From NCBI GenBank assembly GCA_039818205.1, contig JBCBUK010000002.1, positions 416,001 through 480,000 of the forward strand: 64,000 nt of DNA. The letters are read 5' to 3'. Source of the stretch: Verrucomicrobiota bacterium (GTDB lineage: Bacteria > Verrucomicrobiota > Verrucomicrobiia > Opitutales > Cerasicoccaceae). Shown here in pieces: positions 1-9,470 of the stretch. The first letter of the stretch is position 1. Each line of letters opens with the position of its first letter. The notes beneath the pieces are model-generated. The model did not search any database. It had not been told where the DNA came from and was given only the letters and a program-made list of their open reading frames with translations. Both the position numbers and the translations under genes were made by a program.

Positions 1-660
1 CGCCGGATCCGTGATCGGGCCCTTCGAGAGGTGATCGATGTCATGGTCGAGCAGAACAACATTTCAATGGCCATTGAGTTGACCACTGCCATGGATGACG
101 ACTCTTCGCGGACCAACGCGCTTTCTGAGATTGTGGATGAATGGGCGGAAATGGATCCCCTGGCCGCGAAAGACTTTGTTGAATCCATGGCCGACGATCC
201 TGCCTACGCTGAAATGCAGCGGGCGGTTTTGCGGGAATGGGCTGACGATGATCCAGTGGCGGCTTCCGAGTGGCTGGGGACGATGGATCCCGAAGATCCA
301 AATTTGCCGCGATTGGCCACATCGCTCGTGGAGCGTTGGACTCGTTATGACTTGAATGCCGCAGCTGAGTGGCTGAACGAGGCACCCTCATCGCCCGAGA
401 TGGATCGGGCTGTCGGTATCTTTTCAATGCGTGCTGCGCAGGATGACCCGCAAAATGCGCTCACCTGGGCCCAGTCCGTATCGGACGACCGGACAAGGCA
501 GCGGCTCGAGAATCAGATCATTCCGATGTTTCGGGAGCAGGACCCACAAGCGTTTGAGGACTATCTCGCGGACTCCGATTATTCGGACGATAAAAAGCAG
601 CAATACCGAGAGCTGGAAGTGCGTGACGGCGGTCGCCGTTGGGGCGGTTGGTGGCGCTAA
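1..660 (+). CDS. Hypothetical helical-repeat protein (DPxAAxxW-type repeats), 5' end outside window
   Basis: Frame is open from base 1 to TAA at 658-660; repeated units such as WAEMDPLAAKDF, WADDDPVAASEW, WTRYDLNAAAEW, AAQDDPQNALTW. Confidence 0.7.
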   Translation, partial: RRIRDRALREVIDVMVEQNNISMAIELTTAMDDDSSRTNALSEIVDEWAEMDPLAAKDFVESMADDPAYAEMQRAVLREWADDDPVAASEWLGTMDPEDPNLPRLATSLVERWTRYDLNAAAEWLNEAPSSPEMDRAVGIFSMRAAQDDPQNALTWAQSVSDDRTRQRLENQIIPMFREQDPQAFEDYLADSDYSDDKKQQYRELEVRDGGRRWGGWWR

Positions 661-964
661 GCCAGATTAGGCATATTGTTAACAATATCGTAACCTGTTG
701 GGTTTGTTTTGTTTACAACCCTTCTAATGGGGTGTTTACTTGCTATAAGATTTGCTGGTTTTTAAGTGGGCAATGGCGCAAAAATGCATCTTTATTTCTT
801 TTTGAGCACAAATTGCGTGGTTTTAACGCAACGTTAACGAAAAATACGCGATATCTGCAGTACTAATTAGGGTCCTATGACCTTGACATCTAGGAGCACT
901 TTGTGTTTCGTTTGCGTTTCTTCCATCTCTTGTGGGCGTTGGGGCCAATGCAAGGAGGCAAACA

Positions 965-1531
965 TTGAACGATAAAATCTCACTTAATGAACTACGGAAG
1001 CGACTTGTAAACGAGTCGTTGAAGGATTTGTGGTGGCTAGCCCGCAACGGCGTCACCTACCGGTCACCGATGAGTTTGCAATCGATCGAACTCACGATGA
1101 AGAAGAACCCGCAGGGCGTCTATCAGGTGTGCCATGTGCGCGATGATGGTGAGCTTCACCAGAATTGGTTCAGTATCTCGATAGCGATGCCTTCGCGTGT
1201 GGTTGAATCACGCGGACACACAACCATTTTTCGGGCCGCAGCGCCCGAGCCACGCGCTCCTGGAGCGGGTTCTGGCTCTTTTGGGGTGCCGAAGACCAAG
1301 GCCAAGCCGCCATCAGAATCACCGGCAGCTCCGTCGGTTGAGTCGGCTTCAATTGATGCGGTTTTGCGCAAGCTCGACGAAACGCTCAGCCGGCTGCAAA
1401 GCCTTGAAGACAAGGTCGATTATCTGGTGCAATCTTCGCCAAATCTACCCGTCTCGGATGGTGAGCGGCTGGAGATCGATCAGATGAAAGACGATCTGGA
1501 CAAGTTGAAGTTCCGTCTCGAGTCCGCCTGA
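965..1531 (+). CDS. Hypothetical protein: GYF_2-like N-terminus, Pro/Ala linker, C-terminal coiled coil
   Basis: TTG at 965 preceded by AAGGAGG (952-958), in frame with ORF 932..1531; heptad-like C-terminus; terminator follows. Confidence 0.6.
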   Translation: MNDKISLNELRKRLVNESLKDLWWLARNGVTYRSPMSLQSIELTMKKNPQGVYQVCHVRDDGELHQNWFSISIAMPSRVVESRGHTTIFRAAAPEPRAPGAGSGSFGVPKTKAKPPSESPAAPSVESASIDAVLRKLDETLSRLQSLEDKVDYLVQSSPNLPVSDGERLEIDQMKDDLDKLKFRLESA

Positions 1532-1555
1532 GCGTTCGAACGAAAAGTTTAGGAT

Positions 1556-1592
1556 AAAAGCATCTACAGGTATTTCTGTAGATGCTTTTTTT
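1556..1592. terminator. Bidirectional intrinsic terminator
   Basis: aaaagcatctacag-gtattt-ctgtagatgctttt hairpin with A and T tails between convergent genes. Confidence 0.85.
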
Positions 1593-1595
1593 GAT

Positions 1596-2018
1596 TTAAG
1601 CCTTTCCGCCGACAAATTCGAGGGTGCCGTCTGCTTTTAGACGACGATAATAGCATCCGCTGCGGGCCACTCCGTTTGATCCTTTGGTGTGACACGCACC
1701 AGCCCCTTGGGGTTCAACCACGTAAAGGAGGCTGTTCTGCTCACAGTTGACGCGGACCTCGATCAATTTGAGGGTGTCGCCCGAGGTTTTGCCTTTGATC
1801 CACAATTCATGTCGTGACGTGGACCAAAATGTGGCCAAGCCTTCCGCCAGAGCGGTTTCCAGTGCGAGATGGTTTGCGTAACCCACGATCAGCACCTCGC
1901 CGGTGTTGGCGTCTTGCGCCACCGCGGGGACTACGTCTTCCCCGCAATTGGCGACCTTTTTTAGTTTCGTGAAGTCGAGCTTCAGTTCGTTTCCTTCTTC
2001 GAGTTCTTTGTGGCTCAT
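1596..2018 (-). CDS. hisI: Phosphoribosyl-AMP cyclohydrolase
   Basis: FWSTSRHELWIKGKTSG, VNCEQNSLLY and GACHT...GCYYR motifs. Confidence 0.92.
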   Translation of the reverse strand: MSHKELEEGNELKLDFTKLKKVANCGEDVVPAVAQDANTGEVLIVGYANHLALETALAEGLATFWSTSRHELWIKGKTSGDTLKLIEVRVNCEQNSLLYVVEPQGAGACHTKGSNGVARSGCYYRRLKADGTLEFVGGKA

Positions 2019-2362
2019 TTGAAAAATTGTATGGTCATCGGATAGCGATAAAGTTCGCCCTCGTTGGCTTTGATCCCGGCGATAATCACAAAGACGAGAT
2101 TGACGACGACTAGCACCGCGAGGAGCAGAACACCGATAAATACCAGGACGAGCACGCCGGCAATCACACCGTATATAGTCATCGACAGTTGAAAATTCAG
2201 GGCTTCCCTGCCGTGCGCGTCGATGCTGGGCATCTCATCTTTTTTGATCAGCCAAATGATAAGCGGGCCAAGAATATTCCCGAACGGAATGCCGATGAGA
2301 CCCGCCAGTGCCGAAAGGTGGCAAATCATTGCCCACATATTCTGATCCTTATCGGTGGTCAT
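2015..2362 (-). CDS. DUF4870 (Tic20-like) membrane protein
   Basis: WAMICHLS...GPLIIWLIKKD...HGREALNFQLS...YRYP signature; ATGA overlap with hisI. Confidence 0.85.
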   Translation of the reverse strand: MTTDKDQNMWAMICHLSALAGLIGIPFGNILGPLIIWLIKKDEMPSIDAHGREALNFQLSMTIYGVIAGVLVLVFIGVLLLAVLVVVNLVFVIIAGIKANEGELYRYPMTIQFFK

Positions 2363-2372
2363 GGCATCTTTT

Positions 2373-3170
2373 CTAACGTTGATCAGAGATCCAACGCCCT
2401 AGAACTGTTTGTAAGCGGCCGTCAGATTCGAATTCAAACAATGCGTTGGCGACCTGGTCCTGCAGCTTCGAGTCGCTTTTGCGCATGGCCCAAGCGAGGT
2501 ATTCAATCGTGAGGTTGATGTTTACCGGCACAACGTTCTCCATTTCGCGCTTCCCCGCCATCCAGTTAATGACCGGCGAATCATAGACAAAGATATCTGC
2601 TTGGCTGCGAACCACGGCGTCCACGGCATCCTCTGGAGTGGCAAATTCAACAATATCCGCGTTAGCGAAATCGTTTTTGACAAAAGCGGCACCGGTTGTG
2701 TCAGGAACCACGGCAACTCGACTTGCGGTATCGAGCAGGCTGCGGACCGAGGTGAACCGCGGGCGATCCTGTTTACGAACGAGGGACATTTGACCAAAAT
2801 TCAAGTAGGGAGGGGAGAAGGCGACTAACTCTTCGCGCTCACGAGTCACGGTCATCCCACTCATGATGATGTCTGTTTTGTCGTCGTTCAGAAATTTAAT
2901 CTGATCGGCCCAGGCGACTTCGACGAAAACAATTGGGCGACCGAGTTCCTTGCCAAGGAGTCTGGCGAGGTCGATCTCGACGCCTTCCAGCTCGCCGTCG
3001 ATCTTGAACGCGAGCGGGGGGCTGTCGGCAGTGACGCCGACGCGCAATGGCTTGGCTTTGAATGGGCTAGGCACTACCGGGCGGTCTGGATTGGCTCCGA
3101 GAACGCAGGTGAAAAACAGTGTCAGGCCGAGCAGGGCAGTAATTCCTTTTAGTCGCATGCGGGGGATCAT
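2373..3170 (-). CDS. Amino-acid ABC transporter substrate-binding protein (SBP family 3)
   Basis: Signal peptide; LRVGVTADSPPLAF, GVEIDLA, DIIMSGMTVTREREELVAFSPPY. Confidence 0.88.
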   Translation of the reverse strand: MIPRMRLKGITALLGLTLFFTCVLGANPDRPVVPSPFKAKPLRVGVTADSPPLAFKIDGELEGVEIDLARLLGKELGRPIVFVEVAWADQIKFLNDDKTDIIMSGMTVTREREELVAFSPPYLNFGQMSLVRKQDRPRFTSVRSLLDTASRVAVVPDTTGAAFVKNDFANADIVEFATPEDAVDAVVRSQADIFVYDSPVINWMAGKREMENVVPVNINLTIEYLAWAMRKSDSKLQDQVANALFEFESDGRLQTVLGRWISDQR

Positions 3171-3426
3171 TGGAAAAAAAACTCAATCGGCAACAGGAGA
3201 ATTCAATCACAATGGCGAAGTAATTCGTTAAAAAAGTATTCAGGGATCAGCGGGATTGAGCAAAACGCACCCCAGATTTAGCTAAATTCCGGTCAAAGAA
3301 GGCCGGGCTGAAACACTGACGAACTATGGGGTTGAGCGCTTAGACTGTTCAGGGCAATATTCACCCAAAATTTCTCGCCACTCGTCCGTTCTAGATTCTA
3401 GCCGAAACCCATTCTGAGGAATCACC

Positions 3427-5964
3427 ATGAAACCCTTAATCCTAGGCATCATTTTCGCCGCCATCATTATGGCGATGGAAGCTAATGGTCAGCAGATTGA
3501 CAATAACAGCAATCAGCAGGGCGATATTTGGGAACTGGTTTTCCAAGCCTACGACCTCGACCCGAACGGCGATGCCGATGGCGATGGCCTTTCCAATCGC
3601 GATGAAGCAGAAGCCGGCACGAATCCATTTGATCCCGAATCACGTTTCGAGGTCATGGAAATCGAAGTTATGGATGACGGCATGCTCGCCCTGGATTGGA
3701 TGGGTGGTGTTGGCAAGGCCTACGATTTAGAACATAACGATGACCTCTCGGGCCCCTGGACGGTGCTGGCAACGTTTTCGGGTGAAGGCGATGCACAAGA
3801 GGCACTTGTCGATTTCTCTCAGAATCCTGGCTTCTTTCGCATTACCGTTCGCGATATCGACACCGATGGCGACGGTGTCTTCGATTGGGAGGAGATGTTT
3901 CTGGGCTTTGACCCCGAGACCGCAAATACGGATCGATATAGTCAGAACGATTACACCCGAATCAGCGGTGCGCTCTCGGCCACGAATACCGTTACTTTGA
4001 TTACTGCGCGTGACTCGGTTACGGAGGGCTGGGCGAATCCGGGCTTGGTGGGGGTTGTGCGTTCCGGTGGCGTTGACTCGTTAACCGTCAATCTAAGCTT
4101 TGGTGGCACCGCGACCGGAAGTGCGGACTACACCACACCCGCTTCGACGGTCAGTTTTTCACCTGGGCAGGCAATTGCCTGGGTTTTGATTTATCCACTC
4201 GATGATGCCGTTAGCGAATCCGATGAAACTGTGATCGTTAATCTCGAAACTGGACTTGGCTATGACTTGGGTAGCCCAAGCACCGCGACGCTAACGATCG
4301 TTGACCAGGCAGCCAACGATTTGCCCTCCGCTGAGGAAGCGGCTCGATTCTTGGCGCAGGCGACATTGGGACCGACTCCGGAGCTGATCGCAGAGGTCCA
4401 GGCAATGGGGTTCGAAGCCTGGATCGAAGATCAATTTTCCAAAACGGTGGGTGAGCATCAGCCAATCATGGAGAGCTTTCCGTGGGGGACCGACGATTTT
4501 CCAGGACCTTGGTCTTTTCACAAAATGCTCGCCTGGTGGGACCAGGCGGTCAATGCACCTGATCCTCTCCGCCAGCGTATTGGCTTTGCGCTGAGTGAAA
4601 TCTTGGTGATCTCGGAGTCCAATGGAGACCTGGATGGCAATCCCATATCGATGTTGAATTACTATGATATGTTGCTCCACAACGCTTTTACGAATTACCG
4701 AGTCATTTTGGAGGACGTGACTTACCATCCATGCATGGGGGCATTCTTGAGCCATCGTGGAAATCGCCCAGCCAATCCGGACTTGAACCTGTTTCCCGAT
4801 GAGAACTACTCCCGGGAAATCATGCAGTTGTTTTCGATTGGTCTGTGGATGCTGAACAATGACGGCACGCTGCAACTGGATGGAGATCTTAACCCGATTC
4901 CGACTTACGGAAACGAGGACATCACGAACCTGGCCAGCGTCTTCACGGGCCTGAGCTGGGGCACGGGCGATACCACGGTTTGGTGGGAATTCTACTGGCC
5001 GGATACGGACGAATTCTGGCGTTCCTATCTGGAGCCGATGGCGATCTGGGAAGGTCCGTATGATGTATGGAACGAAGATCTGCAGCAGGTCGAGCAGGTG
5101 TATTTTCATGAGCAAGGTGCGAAGACTGTTTTGGGCGTCGATTTGCCTGAGAATGACCCGCTCAATCCTGAGGCTAACTATGCCGCCAACGATATCGACC
5201 GCGCTTTAGATGTGATCTTTGCTCACCCAAATGTCGGACCGTTTATTAGCCGTCTCTTGATTCAGCGCATGGTCACCTCGAATCCCTCCAACGCCTACAT
5301 TGATCGCGTGGCCGACGCCTTTAACGGAGTCGGACCGCACAACCCGGAAAGTATTCGGGGGGATATGCAGTCAGTCATCCGCGCGATCCTGTTGGATCCC
5401 GAAGCTCGCGATGCCAGCATGATCGATGATCCTGAGCACGGTATGTTGCGGGAAAATTACCTGCGTTTGGTGGCCTTGGCTCGTGCCTTTGACGCTTCTT
5501 CGCCCAATGGTATTTATCCGATCTATTGGATCGATGATGCTTATGGAATGCAGCCTTTGGCATCCCCGAGTGTGTTTAACTTCTTCCTGCCCGTTTACCA
5601 GCCTGGGGGCGAGCTTCGCGACAATGGCCTGGTGGCTCCCGAATTTCAGATTTTAACGGCTGTAACGAGCATCACCATCCCGAATCACTTGCGATTGGTT
5701 GCCGAAGAGCGGTTGAACTGGGACGACGAGGCGGACACGGTTCGCCTGGATTTGTCACCAGCAATGGCGCTCGCTTCAGATCATGAGGCATTGATTGATT
5801 ATCTCGATCTGCTGCTAACCTTTGGTAACATGAGCGCACAGATGCATGAGTCCCTCCGCATGATGTTGGCCCGCCCTGAGTTTGCCGGTGCGAGCGATGA
5901 GTTTATCGTGGAATCTCTGGTCTACTTGATTGCGATGTCACCGGATTCTGCCGTTCTCAGATAA
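3427..5964 (+). CDS. DUF1800 family protein with N-terminal DxDGDG Ca-binding repeats and a Calx-beta-like domain
   Basis: Signal peptide; DADGDGLSN..EAEAGTNP; Calx-beta-like DDAVSESDETVIVNL; DUF1800 motifs AARFLAQAT, DPLRQR..FALSEI, PDENYSREIMQLFSIGL, HPNVGPFI, PSVFNFF. Confidence 0.88.
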   Translation: MKPLILGIIFAAIIMAMEANGQQIDNNSNQQGDIWELVFQAYDLDPNGDADGDGLSNRDEAEAGTNPFDPESRFEVMEIEVMDDGMLALDWMGGVGKAYDLEHNDDLSGPWTVLATFSGEGDAQEALVDFSQNPGFFRITVRDIDTDGDGVFDWEEMFLGFDPETANTDRYSQNDYTRISGALSATNTVTLITARDSVTEGWANPGLVGVVRSGGVDSLTVNLSFGGTATGSADYTTPASTVSFSPGQAIAWVLIYPLDDAVSESDETVIVNLETGLGYDLGSPSTATLTIVDQAANDLPSAEEAARFLAQATLGPTPELIAEVQAMGFEAWIEDQFSKTVGEHQPIMESFPWGTDDFPGPWSFHKMLAWWDQAVNAPDPLRQRIGFALSEILVISESNGDLDGNPISMLNYYDMLLHNAFTNYRVILEDVTYHPCMGAFLSHRGNRPANPDLNLFPDENYSREIMQLFSIGLWMLNNDGTLQLDGDLNPIPTYGNEDITNLASVFTGLSWGTGDTTVWWEFYWPDTDEFWRSYLEPMAIWEGPYDVWNEDLQQVEQVYFHEQGAKTVLGVDLPENDPLNPEANYAANDIDRALDVIFAHPNVGPFISRLLIQRMVTSNPSNAYIDRVADAFNGVGPHNPESIRGDMQSVIRAILLDPEARDASMIDDPEHGMLRENYLRLVALARAFDASSPNGIYPIYWIDDAYGMQPLASPSVFNFFLPVYQPGGELRDNGLVAPEFQILTAVTSITIPNHLRLVAEERLNWDDEADTVRLDLSPAMALASDHEALIDYLDLLLTFGNMSAQMHESLRMMLARPEFAGASDEFIVESLVYLIAMSPDSAVLR

Positions 5965-5999
5965 CCCTGAAATCTCCGAACTTTATATTGCAAAGTAAA

Positions 6000-7391
6000 A
6001 TGAGCAAGCAACCACATTTATCCCGCCGCCAGTTTTTGGGTCAGGCAAGTTGCGCCGCAGTTGGGTCGACGGCTCTTTTCTCTACGCTGTTAAATCTTCG
6101 CATGGCGAACACCGCCGCTGCGCAGTCGGTTGCGCCCGCCGGCGACTATAAGGCTTTGGTCTGCTTGTTCTTGGCTGGTGGTGCCGATTCTTACAATTTC
6201 TTGGTTCCTCACGGTCAGACCGAATACGATCAATACGCACAGGTGCGCGCTGATCTGGCCCTGCCTCGTGCCGATCTTTTACCGCTGACCCCTGCGCAGT
6301 CGATTGGGATGGACCTCGGCTTGCACCCGGGATTGGCCGAGCTGCAGACTATGTTCCAAGACGGGAACCTTGCCTGGGTATCCAACGTTGGGACGCTTAT
6401 TGAGCCTGTGACGCTTCAACAATATGAGAACGAGCTAGTTAACCTCCCGCTCGGTCTGTACTCGCACGCGGATCAGATCAAGCAGTGGCAGACGTCGATT
6501 CCGCAAAATGGTGAAGCAATTGGCTGGGGTGGCCGTACTGCTGATTTGTTACACTCGCTCAACAACAATGAGCGAATCTCGATGAACATTTCGATCGCGG
6601 GTAGCAATACCTGGCAGAACGGAAACAATACTTTCCAATACACGATTGGAACCAATGGTTCTCAAGGGCTGGATCGCTATGATTGGGATTGGAACGCCTA
6701 CCCAGCGCGTGGCGCGGCGATCGATAGTCAAATGGACCTTGAATACCAGAACCTATTCAAAAAGACCTTTGTTCAATCGAATCGCAATGCGCTTGAGGCT
6801 CACGAACAGTTTTCAGCAGCGGTTGAAGGAATCAGTTTCACAACCGAATTTCCAGACAACTACCTGGGCGCCCAGTTGCACATGGTCGCGCGCACGATCG
6901 CTGCCCGCGAACTTCTCGGAATGCGTCGGCAAACCTTCTTTGTTCAGTTTGGTGGCTGGGATCATCACGACGAGGTGCTTAACAACATGGCGGGTATGGC
7001 CCCCGTGATCAGTCAGTCGGTGGGTGCCTTCTTCTCGGCATTGGCCGAGATCAATGAGGTGGACAATACAACGCTGTTTACGGCATCAGACTTTGGTCGC
7101 ACCTTGACCTCGAATGGCGAGGGTTCTGACCATGCCTGGGGTGGCAATCACTTCGTTGCTGGAGGCGCAGTTAATGGTCAAAACATCTACGGAACCTATC
7201 CCGAGTTGTATCAGGGCAATACCCTTGATACTGGGCGTGGTCGTTTGATTCCGACTACTTCGGTGGATGAGTATTTTGCTGAGTTGGCCTTGTGGTTTGG
7301 CGTTAGCCCGCAGGACCTGTCGACGGTACTGCCAAATATTGGCAATTTTTATACCCCGGGTGCGAACGGTCCCATTGGCATGATGAGCTAA
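6000..7391 (+). CDS. DUF1501 family Tat-exported protein
   Basis: SRRQFL twin-arginine signal; YKALVCLFLAGG, GGWDHHD, SDFGRT, DHAWGG. Confidence 0.9.
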   Translation: MSKQPHLSRRQFLGQASCAAVGSTALFSTLLNLRMANTAAAQSVAPAGDYKALVCLFLAGGADSYNFLVPHGQTEYDQYAQVRADLALPRADLLPLTPAQSIGMDLGLHPGLAELQTMFQDGNLAWVSNVGTLIEPVTLQQYENELVNLPLGLYSHADQIKQWQTSIPQNGEAIGWGGRTADLLHSLNNNERISMNISIAGSNTWQNGNNTFQYTIGTNGSQGLDRYDWDWNAYPARGAAIDSQMDLEYQNLFKKTFVQSNRNALEAHEQFSAAVEGISFTTEFPDNYLGAQLHMVARTIAARELLGMRRQTFFVQFGGWDHHDEVLNNMAGMAPVISQSVGAFFSALAEINEVDNTTLFTASDFGRTLTSNGEGSDHAWGGNHFVAGGAVNGQNIYGTYPELYQGNTLDTGRGRLIPTTSVDEYFAELALWFGVSPQDLSTVLPNIGNFYTPGANGPIGMMS

Positions 7392-7407
7392 CTTTGCTTG
7401 GCAAAGC

Positions 7408-7965
7408 ATGTATATTGACCCGAAGCATCTTGGCTGGTTCATTGGACTTTGCTTGGCGTTGTTGATCACCTGGATGTTAAACCGCCAGGAACCGCCTGAG
7501 CCCGTTGATCTGGTTCCGCTGGCTAAGGAGTCACCGAAACCTCCGCCTGCGGTGGATAAACCAATCCCGCCACCGGGAACGGTTGCCCCGGCAAATCCGG
7601 CCGTTCGTCGACTGCACGATCCCACACGCTCGGCCGAGGATGATGTGAAACTCATGAACCAGTTCCTCGTACAGATGCGTGCCTCTTGGATGGGCAAATT
7701 GCGGCCGATGGGCATCAATGAAGAGTTTACGGCAGCTTTGACTGGGAAGAACCCAGCAAAGATGGCGTTCATCCCGAAAGATCATCCCGCGATTAATGCG
7801 GAGGGGCAGCTGACGGATCGATGGGGTGAGCCGTATCATTTCCATGTCGTGGCGACGGATCGGGTCGAAGTGCGCTCGGCAGGGCCAGACCGCCGCCTCT
7901 ATACGGACGATGATGCTGTTTTCGCTCCCTGGGGGAAACGACCAGATGGTGAGGTAGGGCCTTAA
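7408..7965 (+). CDS. Membrane-anchored hypothetical protein with a type II secretion G (pseudopilin)-like C-terminal motif
   Basis: N-terminal TM helix, Pro-rich linker, DRWGEPY...VRSAGPD...TDDD resembling the GspG C-terminus. Confidence 0.65.
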   Translation: MYIDPKHLGWFIGLCLALLITWMLNRQEPPEPVDLVPLAKESPKPPPAVDKPIPPPGTVAPANPAVRRLHDPTRSAEDDVKLMNQFLVQMRASWMGKLRPMGINEEFTAALTGKNPAKMAFIPKDHPAINAEGQLTDRWGEPYHFHVVATDRVEVRSAGPDRRLYTDDDAVFAPWGKRPDGEVGP

Positions 7966-8049
7966 TTCATCCGAGGGCACTGCGTGTCTCGCCCGAACAG
8001 ATGTCGAAATTATTTGCTCCCGTCTAGTAGGCGCGTACTAGTTTGGTGC

Positions 8050-9462
8050 ATGTCGGGCTTATCATATCAGTCAATTCAGGAAGCACTCGCTTCTCAGCCC
8101 TTGTTTGAGAACAAGACTTGGCGCTTGTCTCCCGAGCCTTGGCGTTTGACGCGCAAGCAGATCGCCAATCTCGAATCGATTGGGCAAGCTTGTCTGGATT
8201 TCTACCTGGGCTTGGATAATCTTTATCGCCGTTGTGCGGAAGACCGGAATCTCCTGCGAAATCGGGAACTGAAGGCACCCTGGGTGTGTAGCTATTTGGA
8301 CCGCGGGAAGCCTCGGCGCCTCATTGAACACGCCCGCTTGAAACGATTCAAAGGGCAGGTCCCGTTGGTGTTGCGGCCTGATTTACTGCAGACTGACGAT
8401 GGTTTTGCTCTGACAGAGATGGATAGCGTGCCTGGCGGGCTTGGGCTGACGGCGTTTTTAAATCGCCTGTACGGGATGAACGAACGCGCTTTTGCGCAGG
8501 ATATCGTTGGTGGCGCTGGCGATGTCGAAATCGATTGGCACCGCTGCCTGGCCAACTGCGTCCCCGGCAACGATAATCCGCTGATTGTAATCATCGTCAG
8601 CGACGAGGCCGCCGTTTATCGGCCCGAGTTTGATTACTTGGCAGCGCGGTTGCGTGAGCATGGTTTGCGGGTTCACGCGCGGCACCCGGACGACTTGATG
8701 CCAATGGGCGATAGCCTGTGCGTGCCAGTTGATGGAAACCCCGAACAGGTCGATGTGATCTATCGCTTTTGGGAGTTGTTTGACGTCGGCAATGTTTCGA
8801 CCGCGCAGGATATTCTAAGAGCGTCCGAGGAGGGCGAGGTTGTTGTGTCTCCACCGATGAAAGCGTACCAGGAGGAGAAGCTGAACCTTGCGTTGTTGCA
8901 TCACCCAGTGCTGGATGACTATTGGCGAGAGAACTTGCCTCGGCGGTCTTATAAAATCCTCAAGCAGGTTGTTCCCCATTCTTGGATCATTGATCCCGTT
9001 GAACTCCCGCCAAATGGTGTGCTTGATGCGCCTTGGGTTGATGGGAAGCCAATTCGTGAGTGGGAGCAGCTCTCAGAAGCGAGCCAGAAAGAGCGAAACT
9101 TGATCATCAAGGCCAGCGGATTTCACGAAACGGCTTGGGGGGCACGCAGCGTAACGCTCGGGAGCGACAGTTCCAAAGCGGATTGGCTGGAGGCGATCGA
9201 GGAAGCTGTCGATCTGGCAGACGAGACGCTGCACATTTTGCAGGACTATCGGAAGCCAATGCGCCTCAAGCATCCTGTGTTCACCGAGGACGGCTCGGGG
9301 GTCTATGAAATGGAGGGACGCCTTCGGCTGACGCCGTTCTTCCTTGTGGATGGGGACCGCGCAAAGCTTTCCGCATGTTTGGCCACGTTTTGTCCGGCTG
9401 ATAAGAAGATCATCCATGGGATGCGGGATGCTGCCATGCTCCCGTGCCGCGTCGTGGATTGA
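8050..9462 (+). CDS. Putative ATP-grasp/glutathionylspermidine-synthase-like ligase
   Basis: RPDL...LTEMDSVPGG, DVIYRFWELFD, LIIKASGF, ILQDY motifs; ATG at 8050 chosen as start. Confidence 0.55.
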   Translation: MSGLSYQSIQEALASQPLFENKTWRLSPEPWRLTRKQIANLESIGQACLDFYLGLDNLYRRCAEDRNLLRNRELKAPWVCSYLDRGKPRRLIEHARLKRFKGQVPLVLRPDLLQTDDGFALTEMDSVPGGLGLTAFLNRLYGMNERAFAQDIVGGAGDVEIDWHRCLANCVPGNDNPLIVIIVSDEAAVYRPEFDYLAARLREHGLRVHARHPDDLMPMGDSLCVPVDGNPEQVDVIYRFWELFDVGNVSTAQDILRASEEGEVVVSPPMKAYQEEKLNLALLHHPVLDDYWRENLPRRSYKILKQVVPHSWIIDPVELPPNGVLDAPWVDGKPIREWEQLSEASQKERNLIIKASGFHETAWGARSVTLGSDSSKADWLEAIEEAVDLADETLHILQDYRKPMRLKHPVFTEDGSGVYEMEGRLRLTPFFLVDGDRAKLSACLATFCPADKKIIHGMRDAAMLPCRVVD

Positions 9463-9470
9463 ACCCGAGT

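Noticed and set aside
774..789. tggcgcaaaaatgca as a sigma-54 promoter
   Set aside because: GG-to-GC spacing is 9 nt rather than the required 10
4291..5115. 274-aa ORF antisense to the DUF1800 gene
   Set aside because: Fully nested antisense ORF with no motif support
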